64,000 nt of DNA from Comamonas serinivorans (GTDB lineage: Bacteria; Pseudomonadota; Gammaproteobacteria; Burkholderiales; Burkholderiaceae_C): positions 1,096,835-1,160,834 of the forward strand of contig NZ_CP021455.1 in the NCBI RefSeq assembly GCF_002158865.1, in the 5' to 3' direction. Shown here in pieces: positions 20,925-33,312 of this stretch (its first letter is position 1; each line of letters opens with the position of its first letter). The translations under genes and the position numbers were made by a program. The notes under the pieces were generated by a model. It was given only the letters and a program-made list of their open reading frames with translations, had not been told where the DNA came from and made no database searches.

Positions 20925-21265
20925 TCCATGGCGGTGCTTGCGAGGGCCATTTGCGCGGACCTCGGTGCTGCTGTCGCTGTGTCGATCAGGCCCCAGCTTC
21001 TGCAGCAGGGCGCGCCAGCTGACGCGGCCGCGGCGCTCGGACCCGCTGTCGGCTTGGCACCAGACCCTGGCCGGATGCGACCTCGAAGCACGGGCGCAGG
21101 GTGCATGAACGGTTGGCCGCCTGGGCGAGCGACACCCCGATGTGCCTCCACCCCTTCGCACTTTGCGCCTGCCATGGCGTGCCCGTCGTGTGGCAAACCG
21201 GCGCCCGGCGTTTGCGGCATGGCGGGCCTGCGGTCGCATCCGGGGCGCCGCCGGAGTGAGGCACT

Positions 21266-21898
21266 TCAGCCGGCCGGATCGGCCTCGCGCCAGGCGCCGG
21301 GGGCCAGGCCGGCCAGCGTGTGCGGCCCGATGGCCGCGCGCACCAGGCGCAGCGTGGGGTGGCCCACGGCGGCCGTCATGCGGCGCACCTGGCGGTTGCG
21401 GCCCTCGCGGATGACCAGCTCCAGCCAGCAGTCGGGGATGTGCTGGCGCACGCGGATGGGCGGGTTGCGGGGCCACAGCGCCGGCGCCTCGGGCAGCAGG
21501 CGCGCCTGCGCGGGCAGGGTGGGGCCGTCGTTCAGCAGCACGCCGTTGCGCAGCGCCTGCAGCGCGGCCTCGCTGGGCACGCCCTCCACCTGCGCCCAGT
21601 AGGTCTTGGCCATCTTGTGGCGCGGGTCGGCGATGCGCGCCTGCAGTGCGCCGTCGTTGGTCAGCAGCAGCAGGCCTTCGCTGTCGGCGTCGAGCCGGCC
21701 GGCCACGTAGACGCCGGGCATGGCGATGAAATCCTGCAGCCCCTGCCAGCGGCCTTCGGGCGTGAACTGGCTCAGCACGCCATAGGGCTTGTTGAAGCAC
21801 AGCAGCCGCGTGGGCTCGCGCGAGGCCGGGCTGGCGCGGCGGGGTGTGCGCGGGCTGCGGGGGGCGTGGCGCGAGGGTGAGGGAGGACGAGCGGGCAT
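21266..21898 (-). CDS. rluE: RNA pseudouridine synthase (RluE/RsuA family)
   Basis: [17 protein letters not shown] catalytic-Asp motif and KTYWAQV block. Arg/Pro-rich N-terminal extension. Confidence 0.75.
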   Translation of the reverse strand: MPARPPSPSRHAPRSPRTPRRASPASREPTRLLCFNKPYGVLSQFTPEGRWQGLQDFIAMPGVYVAGRLDADSEGLLLLTNDGALQARIADPRHKMAKTYWAQVEGVPSEAALQALRNGVLLNDGPTLPAQARLLPEAPALWPRNPPIRVRQHIPDCWLELVIREGRNRQVRRMTAAVGHPTLRLVRAAIGPHTLAGLAPGAWREADPAG

Positions 21899-22235
21899 GG
21901 TGGGCTCGGTAGCAAGCAAAGGCGGGCCGCGTGCGAGGGCGAAGGCCGTGGCCACGGCCCATGCGGCAGGGGGCCGATCATAGGCGGGGAGGACCTGGCG
22001 GTGTGGCGGCGAGCCGAGCAGGTGTTCGAGCACTGAGCGGACAACGGCAGCGCCCCCGACTTGGCCAGCGGGTCCGTAGGCCGCGCCGGCCTTGGGCTGC
22101 TGGGGTGACCGCACCCAGCGCCTGATGAGCGGTGCGGTGCGACAATCGCAGATTGCCTTGCCCACTGCACCGCGGCAGGCGGCGCCGGCGCTGCATGCGC
22201 TGTCCTGCGCTCGCCCACGCCCGCACCGCCAGACC

Positions 22236-23612
22236 ATGACCCTGACCGCCTTGCCCCTGCGTTTGTCCACCACCCAGGCTGATTTCGAGCAGCGTTTTGC
22301 CGAACGCCTGCACTGGAGCGCCGACCAGGACGCCGCCATCGAGCAGCGCGTGGCCGACATCCTGGCCGACGTGCAACAGCGCGGCGACGCCGCCGTGCTG
22401 GACTACACGGCGCGCTTCGACGGCCTGCAGGCCCAGGCCATGGCCGATCTGGAGCTGACCCAGGCCGACTTCAAGCAAGCGTTCGACAGCCTGCCGGTGG
22501 AGCAGCAGCGCGCGCTGCAGGCCGCGGCCGACCGCGTGCGCCGCTACCACGAGGCGCAGAAAAAAGCCAACGGCGAGAGCTGGAGCTACCGCGACGAAGA
22601 CGGCACGCTGCTGGGCCAGAAGGTGACGCCGCTGGACCGCGTGGGCATCTACGTGCCGGGCGGCAAGGCCGCCTACCCCAGCAGCCTCATCATGAACGCC
22701 GTGCCGGCCCACGTGGCCGGCGTGGCCGAAATCATCATGGTGGTGCCCACGCCGGCCAAGGGCAGCGTGGCCACCGGCGGCAGCGGCGAGACCGGCTCGG
22801 CCGCCCCGCAGCGCGGCGAGCGCAACCCGCTGGTGCTGGCCGCGGCCCACGTGGCGGGCGTCACGCGCGCCTTCACCATCGGCGGCGCCCAGGCCGTGGC
22901 CGCGCTGGCCTATGGCACGGCCACCATCCCCAAGGTGGACAAGATCACCGGGCCGGGCAACGCCTACGTGGCCAGCGCCAAGAAGCGCGTGTTTGGCCAG
23001 GTGGGCATCGACATGATCGCCGGCCCGAGCGAAATCCTGGTGCTGGCCGACGGCAGCACGCCGCCCGACTGGGTGGCCATGGACCTGTTCTCGCAGGCCG
23101 AGCACGACGAGCTGGCGCAGTCCATCCTGCTGTGCCCCGATGCGGCCTACATCGACGCCGTGCAGCGCGAAATCGACCGCCTGCTGCCCGAGATGCCGCG
23201 CCGCGACATCATCGCCAAGAGCCTCAATGGGCGCGGCGCGCTCATCCTGACGCGTGACATGGACGAAGCCTGCGCCATCAGCAACCGCATCGCCCCCGAG
23301 CACCTGGAGGTCAGCAGCCGTGACCCGCACCGCTGGGAGCCGCTGCTGCGGCACGCGGGCGCGATCTTCCTCGGCGCCTACACCAGCGAAAGCCTGGGCG
23401 ACTACTGCGCCGGCCCCAACCACGTGCTGCCCACCAGCGGCACGGCGCGCTTTTCGTCGCCGCTGGGCGTGTACGACTTCCAGAAACGCTCCAGCCTGAT
23501 CGAGGTCAGCGAAGCCGGCGCGCAGGTGCTGGGCCAGACGGCCGCCGTGCTGGCCTATGGCGAGGGCCTGCAGGGCCACGCGCGCGCCGCGGAGATGCGC
23601 CTGAAGCGTTGA
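22236..23612 (+). CDS. hisD: histidinol dehydrogenase
   Basis: Full-length HisD homology including the QAEHD and [13 protein letters not shown] blocks. Confidence 0.9.
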   Translation: MTLTALPLRLSTTQADFEQRFAERLHWSADQDAAIEQRVADILADVQQRGDAAVLDYTARFDGLQAQAMADLELTQADFKQAFDSLPVEQQRALQAAADRVRRYHEAQKKANGESWSYRDEDGTLLGQKVTPLDRVGIYVPGGKAAYPSSLIMNAVPAHVAGVAEIIMVVPTPAKGSVATGGSGETGSAAPQRGERNPLVLAAAHVAGVTRAFTIGGAQAVAALAYGTATIPKVDKITGPGNAYVASAKKRVFGQVGIDMIAGPSEILVLADGSTPPDWVAMDLFSQAEHDELAQSILLCPDAAYIDAVQREIDRLLPEMPRRDIIAKSLNGRGALILTRDMDEACAISNRIAPEHLEVSSRDPHRWEPLLRHAGAIFLGAYTSESLGDYCAGPNHVLPTSGTARFSSPLGVYDFQKRSSLIEVSEAGAQVLGQTAAVLAYGEGLQGHARAAEMRLKR

Positions 23613-23613
23613 G

Positions 23614-23667
23614 GGTAGTACGGGTCAATTCCCGTTGAAAATATAACGATAATGGATGCATACCCCT
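23614..23667. repeat. SPR family copy
   Basis: GGGTAGTACGGGTCAATTCCCGTTGAAAATATAACGATAATGGATGCATACCCC. Confidence 0.55.
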
Positions 23668-23964
23668 TGATGATTTGCCTCTGAATGCCGTTTTGGCGTC
23701 ACAAGCCCGGATGTTCACAGGAGCGGCCTGTCGAAGCCGACGCCTGCTGGCGGGGTGTTCACGCCAACGTTGGGTGGGCCAGGCGCGCTGTCGGTCCTGG
23801 TGCCCGTGGCTGGGCGCGGGTTGCATGGCGCGGGTTGTCGTCGCCAGCCAGCTTGGGCCAGCGGCCCATTCACCCGCAGGGCGCGGGAGATGCGGGGCCG
23901 GGCCATCCGGCCCGGGCGCATCCGTTTTAGGCTTGTGCTTTCCCTGCTGCGACAAGGACTGGCC

Positions 23965-24360
23965 ATGCCCACTCTGCCACGACGCCGTTTCCACACCCAA
24001 CTGCTGGGGGCCGCGGGGCTGGCTGCCCTGCTGACCAGCGCCGCCGCCTGGGCGCATCACGGCTGGTCCTGGGCCGACGGTGACCAGACCACGCTGACCG
24101 GCACCCTCGAAGCCATTGCCATGGCGCCGCCGCACCCCATGCTCCTGGTCAAGGCCGACGGCGTCACCTGGCAAGTCGACCTGGGCAACCCGTCGCAGAC
24201 CGAGCGGTCCGGCTTCACCGGACAGTCGGCCAAGGTCGGCGATGCCATCACCGTGCTGGGCAACCGCTCCAAGGACCACAGCCAGCGCCACATGAAGGCT
24301 GTGCGCATCACGCTGGACGGCAAGCACTACGACATGTACCCCGAACGCCTGGGCCGGTGA
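23965..24360 (+). CDS. secreted hypothetical protein
   Basis: Signal peptide MPTLPRRRFHTQLLGAAGLAALLTSAAAWA. 131 aa. High GC3. Confidence 0.5.
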   Translation: MPTLPRRRFHTQLLGAAGLAALLTSAAAWAHHGWSWADGDQTTLTGTLEAIAMAPPHPMLLVKADGVTWQVDLGNPSQTERSGFTGQSAKVGDAITVLGNRSKDHSQRHMKAVRITLDGKHYDMYPERLGR

Positions 24361-24387
24361 GCCGCGCACCCGCGCACGAGCCTGTCC

Positions 24388-24882
24388 ATGGACGACCTGC
24401 TGAACCTGCTGGCAGCGTGGCCCGGTGCGCGCTGGCTGCAGGGCTCGGGCACCGCCTACCTGGTCGTGAACGCGGCGCACATCCTGGGTCTGGGGCTGCT
24501 GATCGGCGCCATCGTGCCGCTGGACGTGGCCGTGCTGCGCCACAAGCCGCCGGCTGCTGCCGGCACGGCTGCCGAGCGCCTGCGCGTGCTGCTGGACGTG
24601 TTGCCGCGCGCCGCGGCGCAGGGGCTGGTGCTGGCGCTGCTCACCGGCGTCTGGCTGTTCAGCGTGCGGCCGCACGACTACCTGGGCAATGCGGCCTTCC
24701 TGGCCAAGCTGGCGCTGCTGACCCTGGCCCTGCTCAACGTGGCCTGGCAACACCGCGGTCCCGCCTGGGCGGCGCTGCGGCGTGGGGCGCCGTCCACGGC
24801 CGGCCAGCGCCTGCGTGCGGCCCTGTCGCTGCTGCTGTGGGGAGCGGTGCTGCTGGCGGGGCGGTGGATCGGGTTCGTGTGA
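24388..24882 (+). CDS. hypothetical membrane protein
   Basis: Four predicted TM helices. Likely co-transcribed with the preceding secreted protein. Confidence 0.5.
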   Translation: MDDLLNLLAAWPGARWLQGSGTAYLVVNAAHILGLGLLIGAIVPLDVAVLRHKPPAAAGTAAERLRVLLDVLPRAAAQGLVLALLTGVWLFSVRPHDYLGNAAFLAKLALLTLALLNVAWQHRGPAWAALRRGAPSTAGQRLRAALSLLLWGAVLLAGRWIGFV

Positions 24883-25444
24883 GCGACCGGACCCGCCGCG
24901 CGTGATCTGCGGCAGTGGGGACCGGGGTGCCGCCGCGTGAACCGCAGCCGTTCCCGCGGCAAGGCGGGCAACACCCGGCAGCAGGGGAACTCGCCGATTC
25001 ACGAAGGTGCTGCCTGAGCGGCGCCAATGGCTTGCCTGGCGCGGCGGGCGCAGAAGGCACCCGGGGCGCATCCACCGACAACCCCGCGAATCCCTCGCGC
25101 GGCGGCTTGGGAGACGAGCCTGTGCCGACAGGACTGGCACTGCCCAGTCCGGTGGACGACAACGCGACGGCCACCCATCCCCCGAGCCCTTTGCTGGCGC
25201 GAGGTGGCGTCGGCGACGGCGTGCGCCTGGACGCACAGGCCGTCAAGCCGGGGCCTCCTCAGTGCGCCCGATACCGCCCCCTTACGGGCGCGCTGGCATC
25301 ACCTCGACCCCTCGCCAACGGTGGCACGCTGCAGGCCGAGCCCGGCGCAGGGTGGAGACCCGCCACGCGGCCTGTGCCTCGGCGGGAGGGGCAACAGTCC
25401 TGAGGGTTTGATTCACTCTGAACCTGCTGGAGCAGACGCAGACA

Positions 25445-25497
25445 GAGGTATGAGGCTGTGTCCGTTTCAAGGTAAACGGACAGATGGTCATACTCGG
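25445..25497. repeat. SPR family copy
   Basis: GAGGTATGAGGCTGTGTCCGTTTCAAGGTAAACGGACAGATGGTCATACTCGG. Confidence 0.6.
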
Positions 25498-25617
25498 AAT
25501 CCGAACGTATGGTGGCCAGCATCTGATGACCGGGTTGGCGCGCGGGCAGGGCTGCAGCGACCGGGCCTCATGCGGTGGATGTACCCCCGCTACCCCGTCA
25601 ACCCGCGGGGCAGTGGG

Positions 25618-26385
25618 TCAACGCGGGTTGGTGGCGGCGGACGCAGCGGGCAGCGCAGGCGTGGCTGGCGCCGAAGGCGTCGGCGCGGTGCCGGTTGGCC
25701 TGGCGCTGGGCGCGGGCTCGGTGGGCACGTCGGTCACCACGGTCTGCACGCCGGCGGCGGCGTTCGGAAAGTCCTTCAACGCCGCGTTCAGCATGGCCGC
25801 GAAGATGGCGTCGTTGAGCCCGCTGGGGCTTTCGTTGCGGGCGCGGGTTTCGTACACCGTCTGGCCGGTGCTCAGGTTCTGGATCGCCACGCGCAGCTCG
25901 CGCAGGTAGGTGCTGGGCGGCATGTAGGCGCCGCCCCAACCCCATCCCGGGTAGCCGTAGCCCAGGCCAAACCGCCAGCCGGGACGCCACGGTCCCCAGG
26001 GGCCCCAGCCACCCGGGCCCCAGTCGTCGACCCAGGCGGTGCGCAGGCTGGCCGACACCTGCACCGCGAGGCTGGCCGACGCGTCGTCGCGCACGAGGCC
26101 GTGGCGGTCCAGCGCGGCCTGGGTCATGGCCTGCAGCGGCGCGAGGTCCAGCCGCGATTGCGACGGCAGCACGTCGAAACGGTAGCGAGCCCCTTGCCAC
26201 TGCATCGGGGCCGCGGTGCCCGCAGGGGCGCTGAAGGCCTGTACCTCGGTGTTCACACGCAGGGGGCCGCTGGCGCAGCCGGCCAGAACCAGCGCCGCCA
26301 CGAGGGCGCCGGCGCGGACACAGGTGCGCGCGCCCGCGCCCAGGGCGCGCAGCGGAAGCGGGGGGGAAATCGTCAGGGTGACCAT
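25618..26385 (-). CDS. lipoprotein (DUF4136-like), Gly/Trp/Pro-rich
   Basis: Lipobox LAGCAS, WGPGGWGPWGPW repeats. ATG confirmed at 26385. Confidence 0.55.
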   Translation of the reverse strand: MVTLTISPPLPLRALGAGARTCVRAGALVAALVLAGCASGPLRVNTEVQAFSAPAGTAAPMQWQGARYRFDVLPSQSRLDLAPLQAMTQAALDRHGLVRDDASASLAVQVSASLRTAWVDDWGPGGWGPWGPWRPGWRFGLGYGYPGWGWGGAYMPPSTYLRELRVAIQNLSTGQTVYETRARNESPSGLNDAIFAAMLNAALKDFPNAAAGVQTVVTDVPTEPAPSARPTGTAPTPSAPATPALPAASAATNPR

Positions 26386-26546
26386 GGGATGAAGGCGTGA
26401 AGCGGGGCGCAAGGCTGTGTTGGATGGCGCAGTGTGGCCGCAGTTCCACCGTCGTGTCGACAACAGGGTGAACGAGACCGCCGGGCGCGCGAGCCGGCCC
26501 ACCGGAAGTGGGCGTGGTCGCGCAGCGGGTTGGGACAGGCCGTGGC

Positions 26547-27512
26547 TCAGCTTTTCTGTGTCAGCGCGGCCATCTTCTGGTAGCGGGCCAGCTCGCGGCG
26601 CTGGAACTGCAGCATGTCGGCCGGGCCGTAGTCCAGCGTGGTGCCGGGCTTGCCCTGCATCTGCCGCTGCACCGTGGGCGACTTCAGGGCCTGCGCCGTG
26701 GCGCGCGAGAGGGCGTCGACGATGGGGGCCGGCGTGCCAGCCTTGGCCGACAGCGAGCTCCAGACGTAGGACTCGAGCTCGGCGTAGCCCAGCTCCTTCA
26801 TGGTGGGCACATCGGGCGCTTGCGCATCGCGCGTGGCGCCGGTCTGTACCAGGGCTTTGACCTTGCCGGCCTTGATCAGCTCCACGGCGCTGGTGGCGTC
26901 GCACAGGCCCAGGTCCAGCCGGCCGCCAACGAGGTCGATCATCATGTTGGCCGGGCCTTTGTAGGTGATGTGGGTGGCGGGCGCGCCCTCCAGCGAGGTC
27001 ACCCAGGTGGCGAGCAGCTTGTAGCCCTCGGTGTAGTTGCCGATGTTGAGCGGCCGGCCTGCGGCCTTGGCCTGTTGCAGCGCCTGCTTGAGGCCGGCAA
27101 ACGCCGTGTTGGCCGGGGCGACGATGAACGGGGCCGAGATGTTCAGACCATGGACGGGCGTCAGGTCCCTGAAGGGGTCGTAGCTCAGGTCCTTGACGGT
27201 CACGAGGTTGACGACCAGCACCGAGGTCGGCGCCACCAGCAGCGTGTAGCCGTCGGCGGGCTGAGCGATGACGTGGCTGGCGGCGATGGCACCCACCGCG
27301 CCGGGCCGGTTTTCGACCACCACGGGCACCTTGAGGATGCGCTGCAGTTCATCGGCCACGGCGCGGGCGTTTTCGTCGGCGCCGCCACCGGGGGTGTAGG
27401 GCATGACGACCTTGATGGATTTGCTGGGCCAGCCCGATTCGGCGGCCTGCAGGGCGGGGTGGAGCAGGCCGGCACCCAGGGCGGTGCAGGCTTGGCGGCG
27501 AGTGAGGCTCAT
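26547..27512 (-). CDS. Bug/TctC family tripartite tricarboxylate transporter substrate-binding protein
   Basis: Twin-Arg-like signal sequence then Bug-family blocks ([20 protein letters not shown]). Confidence 0.8.
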   Translation of the reverse strand: MSLTRRQACTALGAGLLHPALQAAESGWPSKSIKVVMPYTPGGGADENARAVADELQRILKVPVVVENRPGAVGAIAASHVIAQPADGYTLLVAPTSVLVVNLVTVKDLSYDPFRDLTPVHGLNISAPFIVAPANTAFAGLKQALQQAKAAGRPLNIGNYTEGYKLLATWVTSLEGAPATHITYKGPANMMIDLVGGRLDLGLCDATSAVELIKAGKVKALVQTGATRDAQAPDVPTMKELGYAELESYVWSSLSAKAGTPAPIVDALSRATAQALKSPTVQRQMQGKPGTTLDYGPADMLQFQRRELARYQKMAALTQKS

Positions 27513-27883
27513 GGCGAGGTCCTTGGCAAAAACCGACGGCTGACGAGGGACGGGCACGGCGGGCATGCCGTGCGCGGGTTCACTGCCCGGCCAGCTTTGC
27601 AAGCCTGGGCGGCCGAGGCTGTGCTTTAGGCGTCAGCGCAGGCCGCAGATGCCGTGCCTGGCCGGTGGCGAACGCCCGCCTGCGGCCGCGGAGCGCGCGG
27701 CGGCCAGGCGGACTAAAATCACCGGCTTCGCACCAAGGAGCGCTGCAGTTGGCCCAGGCCTTGCCTGGCCGGGCCTGTCAGGCTTGGTGCGGAACGTGTC
27801 GCGCCGGCCACGCCTGCGCTGGCGCGTGGTGTCAACGGCGCTCACCTGTTGTGTTGCTTGTCGGTTTTTTGCAGGTGAGTGTG

Positions 27884-30652
<2,769 letters not shown>

Positions 30653-30657
30653 GGTGA

Positions 30658-30712
30658 GGAGTATGGAGTGTTTATCGATGATTCTTCATCGGAAATGGCT
30701 GCATACTCCATG
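30658..30712. repeat. SPR family copy
   Basis: GGAGTATGGAGTGTTTATCGATGATTCTTCATCGGAAATGGCTGCATACTCCATG. Confidence 0.6.
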
Positions 30713-30722
30713 TAGATGATGC

Positions 30723-31343
30723 TCAATCGCTGCGGCCGAATCCGGCGACAGGGTGTCGCAGGCGATCGTGGCGGTAGTCCTCGGCGACCTGTGCCCGCAG
30801 CACCTGCCAGTGCGCGCGGGACACATGCTGGCCCAGCGGCTGCCAGGCCGGGTAAGGGTTGTAGACCGCCACGTCGTCGGGGTACAGAAACGGCTGGAAC
30901 TTGAACGGGATGGGCAGCTGCGGTGCGGGCCCCAGGTTCAGCAGGGCCAGCAGACGCGCACAGCGGCCGCGAATGCGCTGCCAGTGTTCGCCCTCCACAA
31001 AGCCGCGGTGCGAGGTGTGCCAGGCCAGCTCGCGCACCACCTCGCGTTTCAAGGCTGGCGGAAAACGGTGCGCGTCGATCAGCCCATGCAGGCGCGGGTC
31101 GTCCAGCACGGCATCGGCCAGGTTCATCAGCTCGAAGTCCTGCAGCACCAGGGCGCAGAACAGCTGGTAGGCCGGGTTGCTGATGCGGTAGCCATGCTCC
31201 TCATCCAGCGTGATGGCGGCTTGGTGCGCGCCGGGGCTCACTGGCGTCAGCGTGCAGGTGTAGAAGTGCGCGAGCTGGGTGGCTGCTGGCAACTGGCCGA
31301 AGTGCAGCAACGCGTGCAGGTGGTTCAGGTCAAGCATCGGCAT
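30723..31343 (-). CDS. hypothetical protein (206 aa), downstream gene of the SPFH operon
   Basis: Good GC3. No recognised domain. 77 bp downstream of the SPFH gene on the same strand. Confidence 0.5.
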   Translation of the reverse strand: MPMLDLNHLHALLHFGQLPAATQLAHFYTCTLTPVSPGAHQAAITLDEEHGYRISNPAYQLFCALVLQDFELMNLADAVLDDPRLHGLIDAHRFPPALKREVVRELAWHTSHRGFVEGEHWQRIRGRCARLLALLNLGPAPQLPIPFKFQPFLYPDDVAVYNPYPAWQPLGQHVSRAHWQVLRAQVAEDYRHDRLRHPVAGFGRSD

Positions 31344-31420
31344 CCCCAGTCAGCGTCGCGCACAAAGCGTGGCAACTTGAGCGGCACGGTTCACGGTGCC
31401 GCTCATCCAGTGCTCGGCGC

Positions 31421-32581
31421 TCACCCTGGCTGGCGCAGCGTCACCAGGCCGTTCAGCACCTGATCGAGCCCGCCGACGACGGAGATCTTGTCGATGCGCT
31501 CGGCCACGCGCTCCAGCGTTTCCAGCTCCTTCATGCGCAGGGCGACGGGGTTGCCCTCCATCACCTTGGCGGTGTTCAACAGCGAACGCGTGGCCGCCGT
31601 TTCCTCGCGGCGGCGGATCACGTTGGCCTGGGCCGACTTTTCGGCCTCCACGACCTGGGCGAGGATGGTCTTCATCTCGCCGGGCAGGATGATGTCTTTC
31701 ACGCCCACGCTGTCCAGCGCCACGCCCGATTCAGCCAGGCGCTCGCGCACCTGGGCCAGCACGGCGCCATCGATGGCGGCCTTGTTTTCCAGCAACGCAT
31801 CCAGGTTCTGTTCGCCCACGGCGGCGCGCAGGCCGAATTGCAGCTCGCGGTAGACGTGGTCGGCTGGCTTGGGCATGCGCGCCAGCGCGCGCTGCACGTC
31901 GGTGAAGTGCCACACGGCCGAGAGGTTCAGTCGCAGGCCCACCTTGTCACGGGTCAGGATTTCCTGGCCATTCACCTCGGCGATCTGCGCTCGCAGGTCC
32001 ACGGTGCTCACGCTCACCTGACGGTTGAAGCGCCAGAAGCCATGCACGCCTGCCGGCAGCAGCGCTTGCATCTGGCCGTCCAGCGTGAGCACGCCAGCGT
32101 GGAACTCGGGCACCTGCACCAGCAGCACGCCGTCCAGGCCGCGCACGGCGCGCGGGCGCAGTGCCACGCTGTGCAGCTTGGCCAGCAACTCGGCGGGCAG
32201 GCGCGCGTCGGCGCTCAGGTCGACCACGTCCACGCGCTGTTCGCGCAGGCCGCGCCAGAACAGCTGGCGCGTGGACGGCGGCAGGATCTCGACCAGCACG
32301 CCGTCTTCGTGGCGCAGGCCGACCTCGGTTTCGCCCAGCACCACCTGCACGAACTCGCGGGCCAGCAGGGCCGGCTCGTGGGCTACGAAGTAGTCGGCCA
32401 GCTCGTGCTCAAAGCGCGCCGGCGCGTCCGGTTTGCCCAGCGAAAAGCGTTCCAGCGTCACATCGTCCAGGCCTGTGAACACGCGGTGCTTGCCCGGGCC
32501 AAACAGGCCGGCGAAATCGCCATCGCGCAGCAGCAGCGCGCGTTCGTGCTTTTTGACGGTGAAAATGGTGAATCCCAGCAT
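31421..32581 (-). CDS. SPFH/band-7 (slipin-like) domain protein
   Basis: C-terminal half carries the SPFH signature (VGVKDIILPGEMKTILAQVVEAEKSAQANVIRRREETAAT). ATG at 32581 with GGGAGAG RBS. Confidence 0.75.
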   Translation of the reverse strand: MLGFTIFTVKKHERALLLRDGDFAGLFGPGKHRVFTGLDDVTLERFSLGKPDAPARFEHELADYFVAHEPALLAREFVQVVLGETEVGLRHEDGVLVEILPPSTRQLFWRGLREQRVDVVDLSADARLPAELLAKLHSVALRPRAVRGLDGVLLVQVPEFHAGVLTLDGQMQALLPAGVHGFWRFNRQVSVSTVDLRAQIAEVNGQEILTRDKVGLRLNLSAVWHFTDVQRALARMPKPADHVYRELQFGLRAAVGEQNLDALLENKAAIDGAVLAQVRERLAESGVALDSVGVKDIILPGEMKTILAQVVEAEKSAQANVIRRREETAATRSLLNTAKVMEGNPVALRMKELETLERVAERIDKISVVGGLDQVLNGLVTLRQPG

Positions 32582-32609
32582 GTTGCTCTCCCGGTGTGTT
32601 GTTGGTCAT

Positions 32610-32659
32610 GGGTATGGCCGTGTCGTCATTGATGATCAGTCGCAAAAATTGCCATACCC
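32610..32659. repeat. SPR family copy (in 5' leader of SPFH gene)
   Basis: GGGTATGGCCGTGTCGTCATTGATGATCAGTCGCAAAAATTGCCATACCC. Confidence 0.55.
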
Positions 32660-32930
32660 AAGTTCTGTTCAAGGTGCCCAGCTCGCACAGGCTGCGGGCG
32701 ATCGGCGGGGTGCCGGCGCGCGTGGTCGTGCTCCCGGTTGTGTTGCTGGCACTGGCCTGGGCCAGGTGCACGGCCGCACAACCGCGATGGCGGCTGGCGC
32801 GCCAGGCACCGAAGCGCGAGGCACAGGCAGCCTGTGCGGGCAAGGTGCGCCGGGCGGCAGGACCAAGCCATTCGCCAAGCGCCGCCTTGCCAGGGCGGGT
32901 GGGGCTTTCGCCCCCATCCAAGCGGTGCAA

Positions 32931-33045
32931 GCACCGCGGCAATGGGCGGGAATCGAACCCGCAGCCGCCACCGAAGTCGCGGTGTTCAACCATGAACAAG
33001 TCTTGGACCGAAACCAAGCGTCACCTCAGCCCATCCGCGGCATAC
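32931..33045 (-). ncRNA. second tRNA-like structured element (canonical T-arm GCGGG-TTCGATT-CCCGC, anticodon-like hairpin CTTGG-TTTCGGT-CCAAG, extra hairpins, closing CCGCGG stem)
   Basis: Read on the minus strand. Lies about 80 nt downstream of the minus-strand sigma-54 promoter. No CCA or canonical acceptor, so it is not a standard tRNA gene. Confidence 0.45.
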
Positions 33046-33134
33046 CGCCCACCCAAGAACGGGTCTGGCGGGCGGCACCGGGCCGCATGCATGCGGCACC
33101 TCGTGCGGATGACTGCGTCCGACAGCAGGTGTCT

Positions 33135-33150
33135 TGCAGACGCCGTGCCA
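33135..33150 (-). promoter_or_regulatory. sigma-54 promoter on minus strand (TGGCAC-GGCGT-CTGCA), divergent from rtcR
   Basis: Reverse complement of plus-strand tgcagacgccgtgcca. Points toward the second tRNA-like element and the SPFH operon. Confidence 0.6.
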
Positions 33151-33280
33151 ACTTCCGGCCCAGGCCGTTTCCGCGTGGAGGCCGCTGCGCCAATGCCTTG
33201 ATTTGCAAGCGGTTCGGTGCCCCTGGCCCGCTGACCTGCGTGTCAGCGGGCGATCGTCGGTGTTTGCTAGACTGAGGACC

Positions 33281-33312
33281 CTTGATTCATCCGGCGCGTT
33301 CTTGATTCAGCC
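33281..33312 (+). promoter_or_regulatory. two direct copies of CTTGATTCA(T/G)CC upstream of rtcR ATG: candidate RtcR UAS / autoregulatory site
   Basis: cttgattcatcc at 33281-92 and cttgattcagcc at 33301-12. The same motif recurs upstream of the two plus-strand sigma-54 promoters. Confidence 0.4.

Noticed and set aside
32931-32961. Possible canonical tRNA gene (perfect T-arm GCGGGTTCGATTCCCGC)
   Set aside because: No 7-bp acceptor stem or CCA follows the T-arm, and the region between the anticodon-like hairpin and the T-arm is 39 nt with two hairpins. Reported instead as a tRNA-like element.
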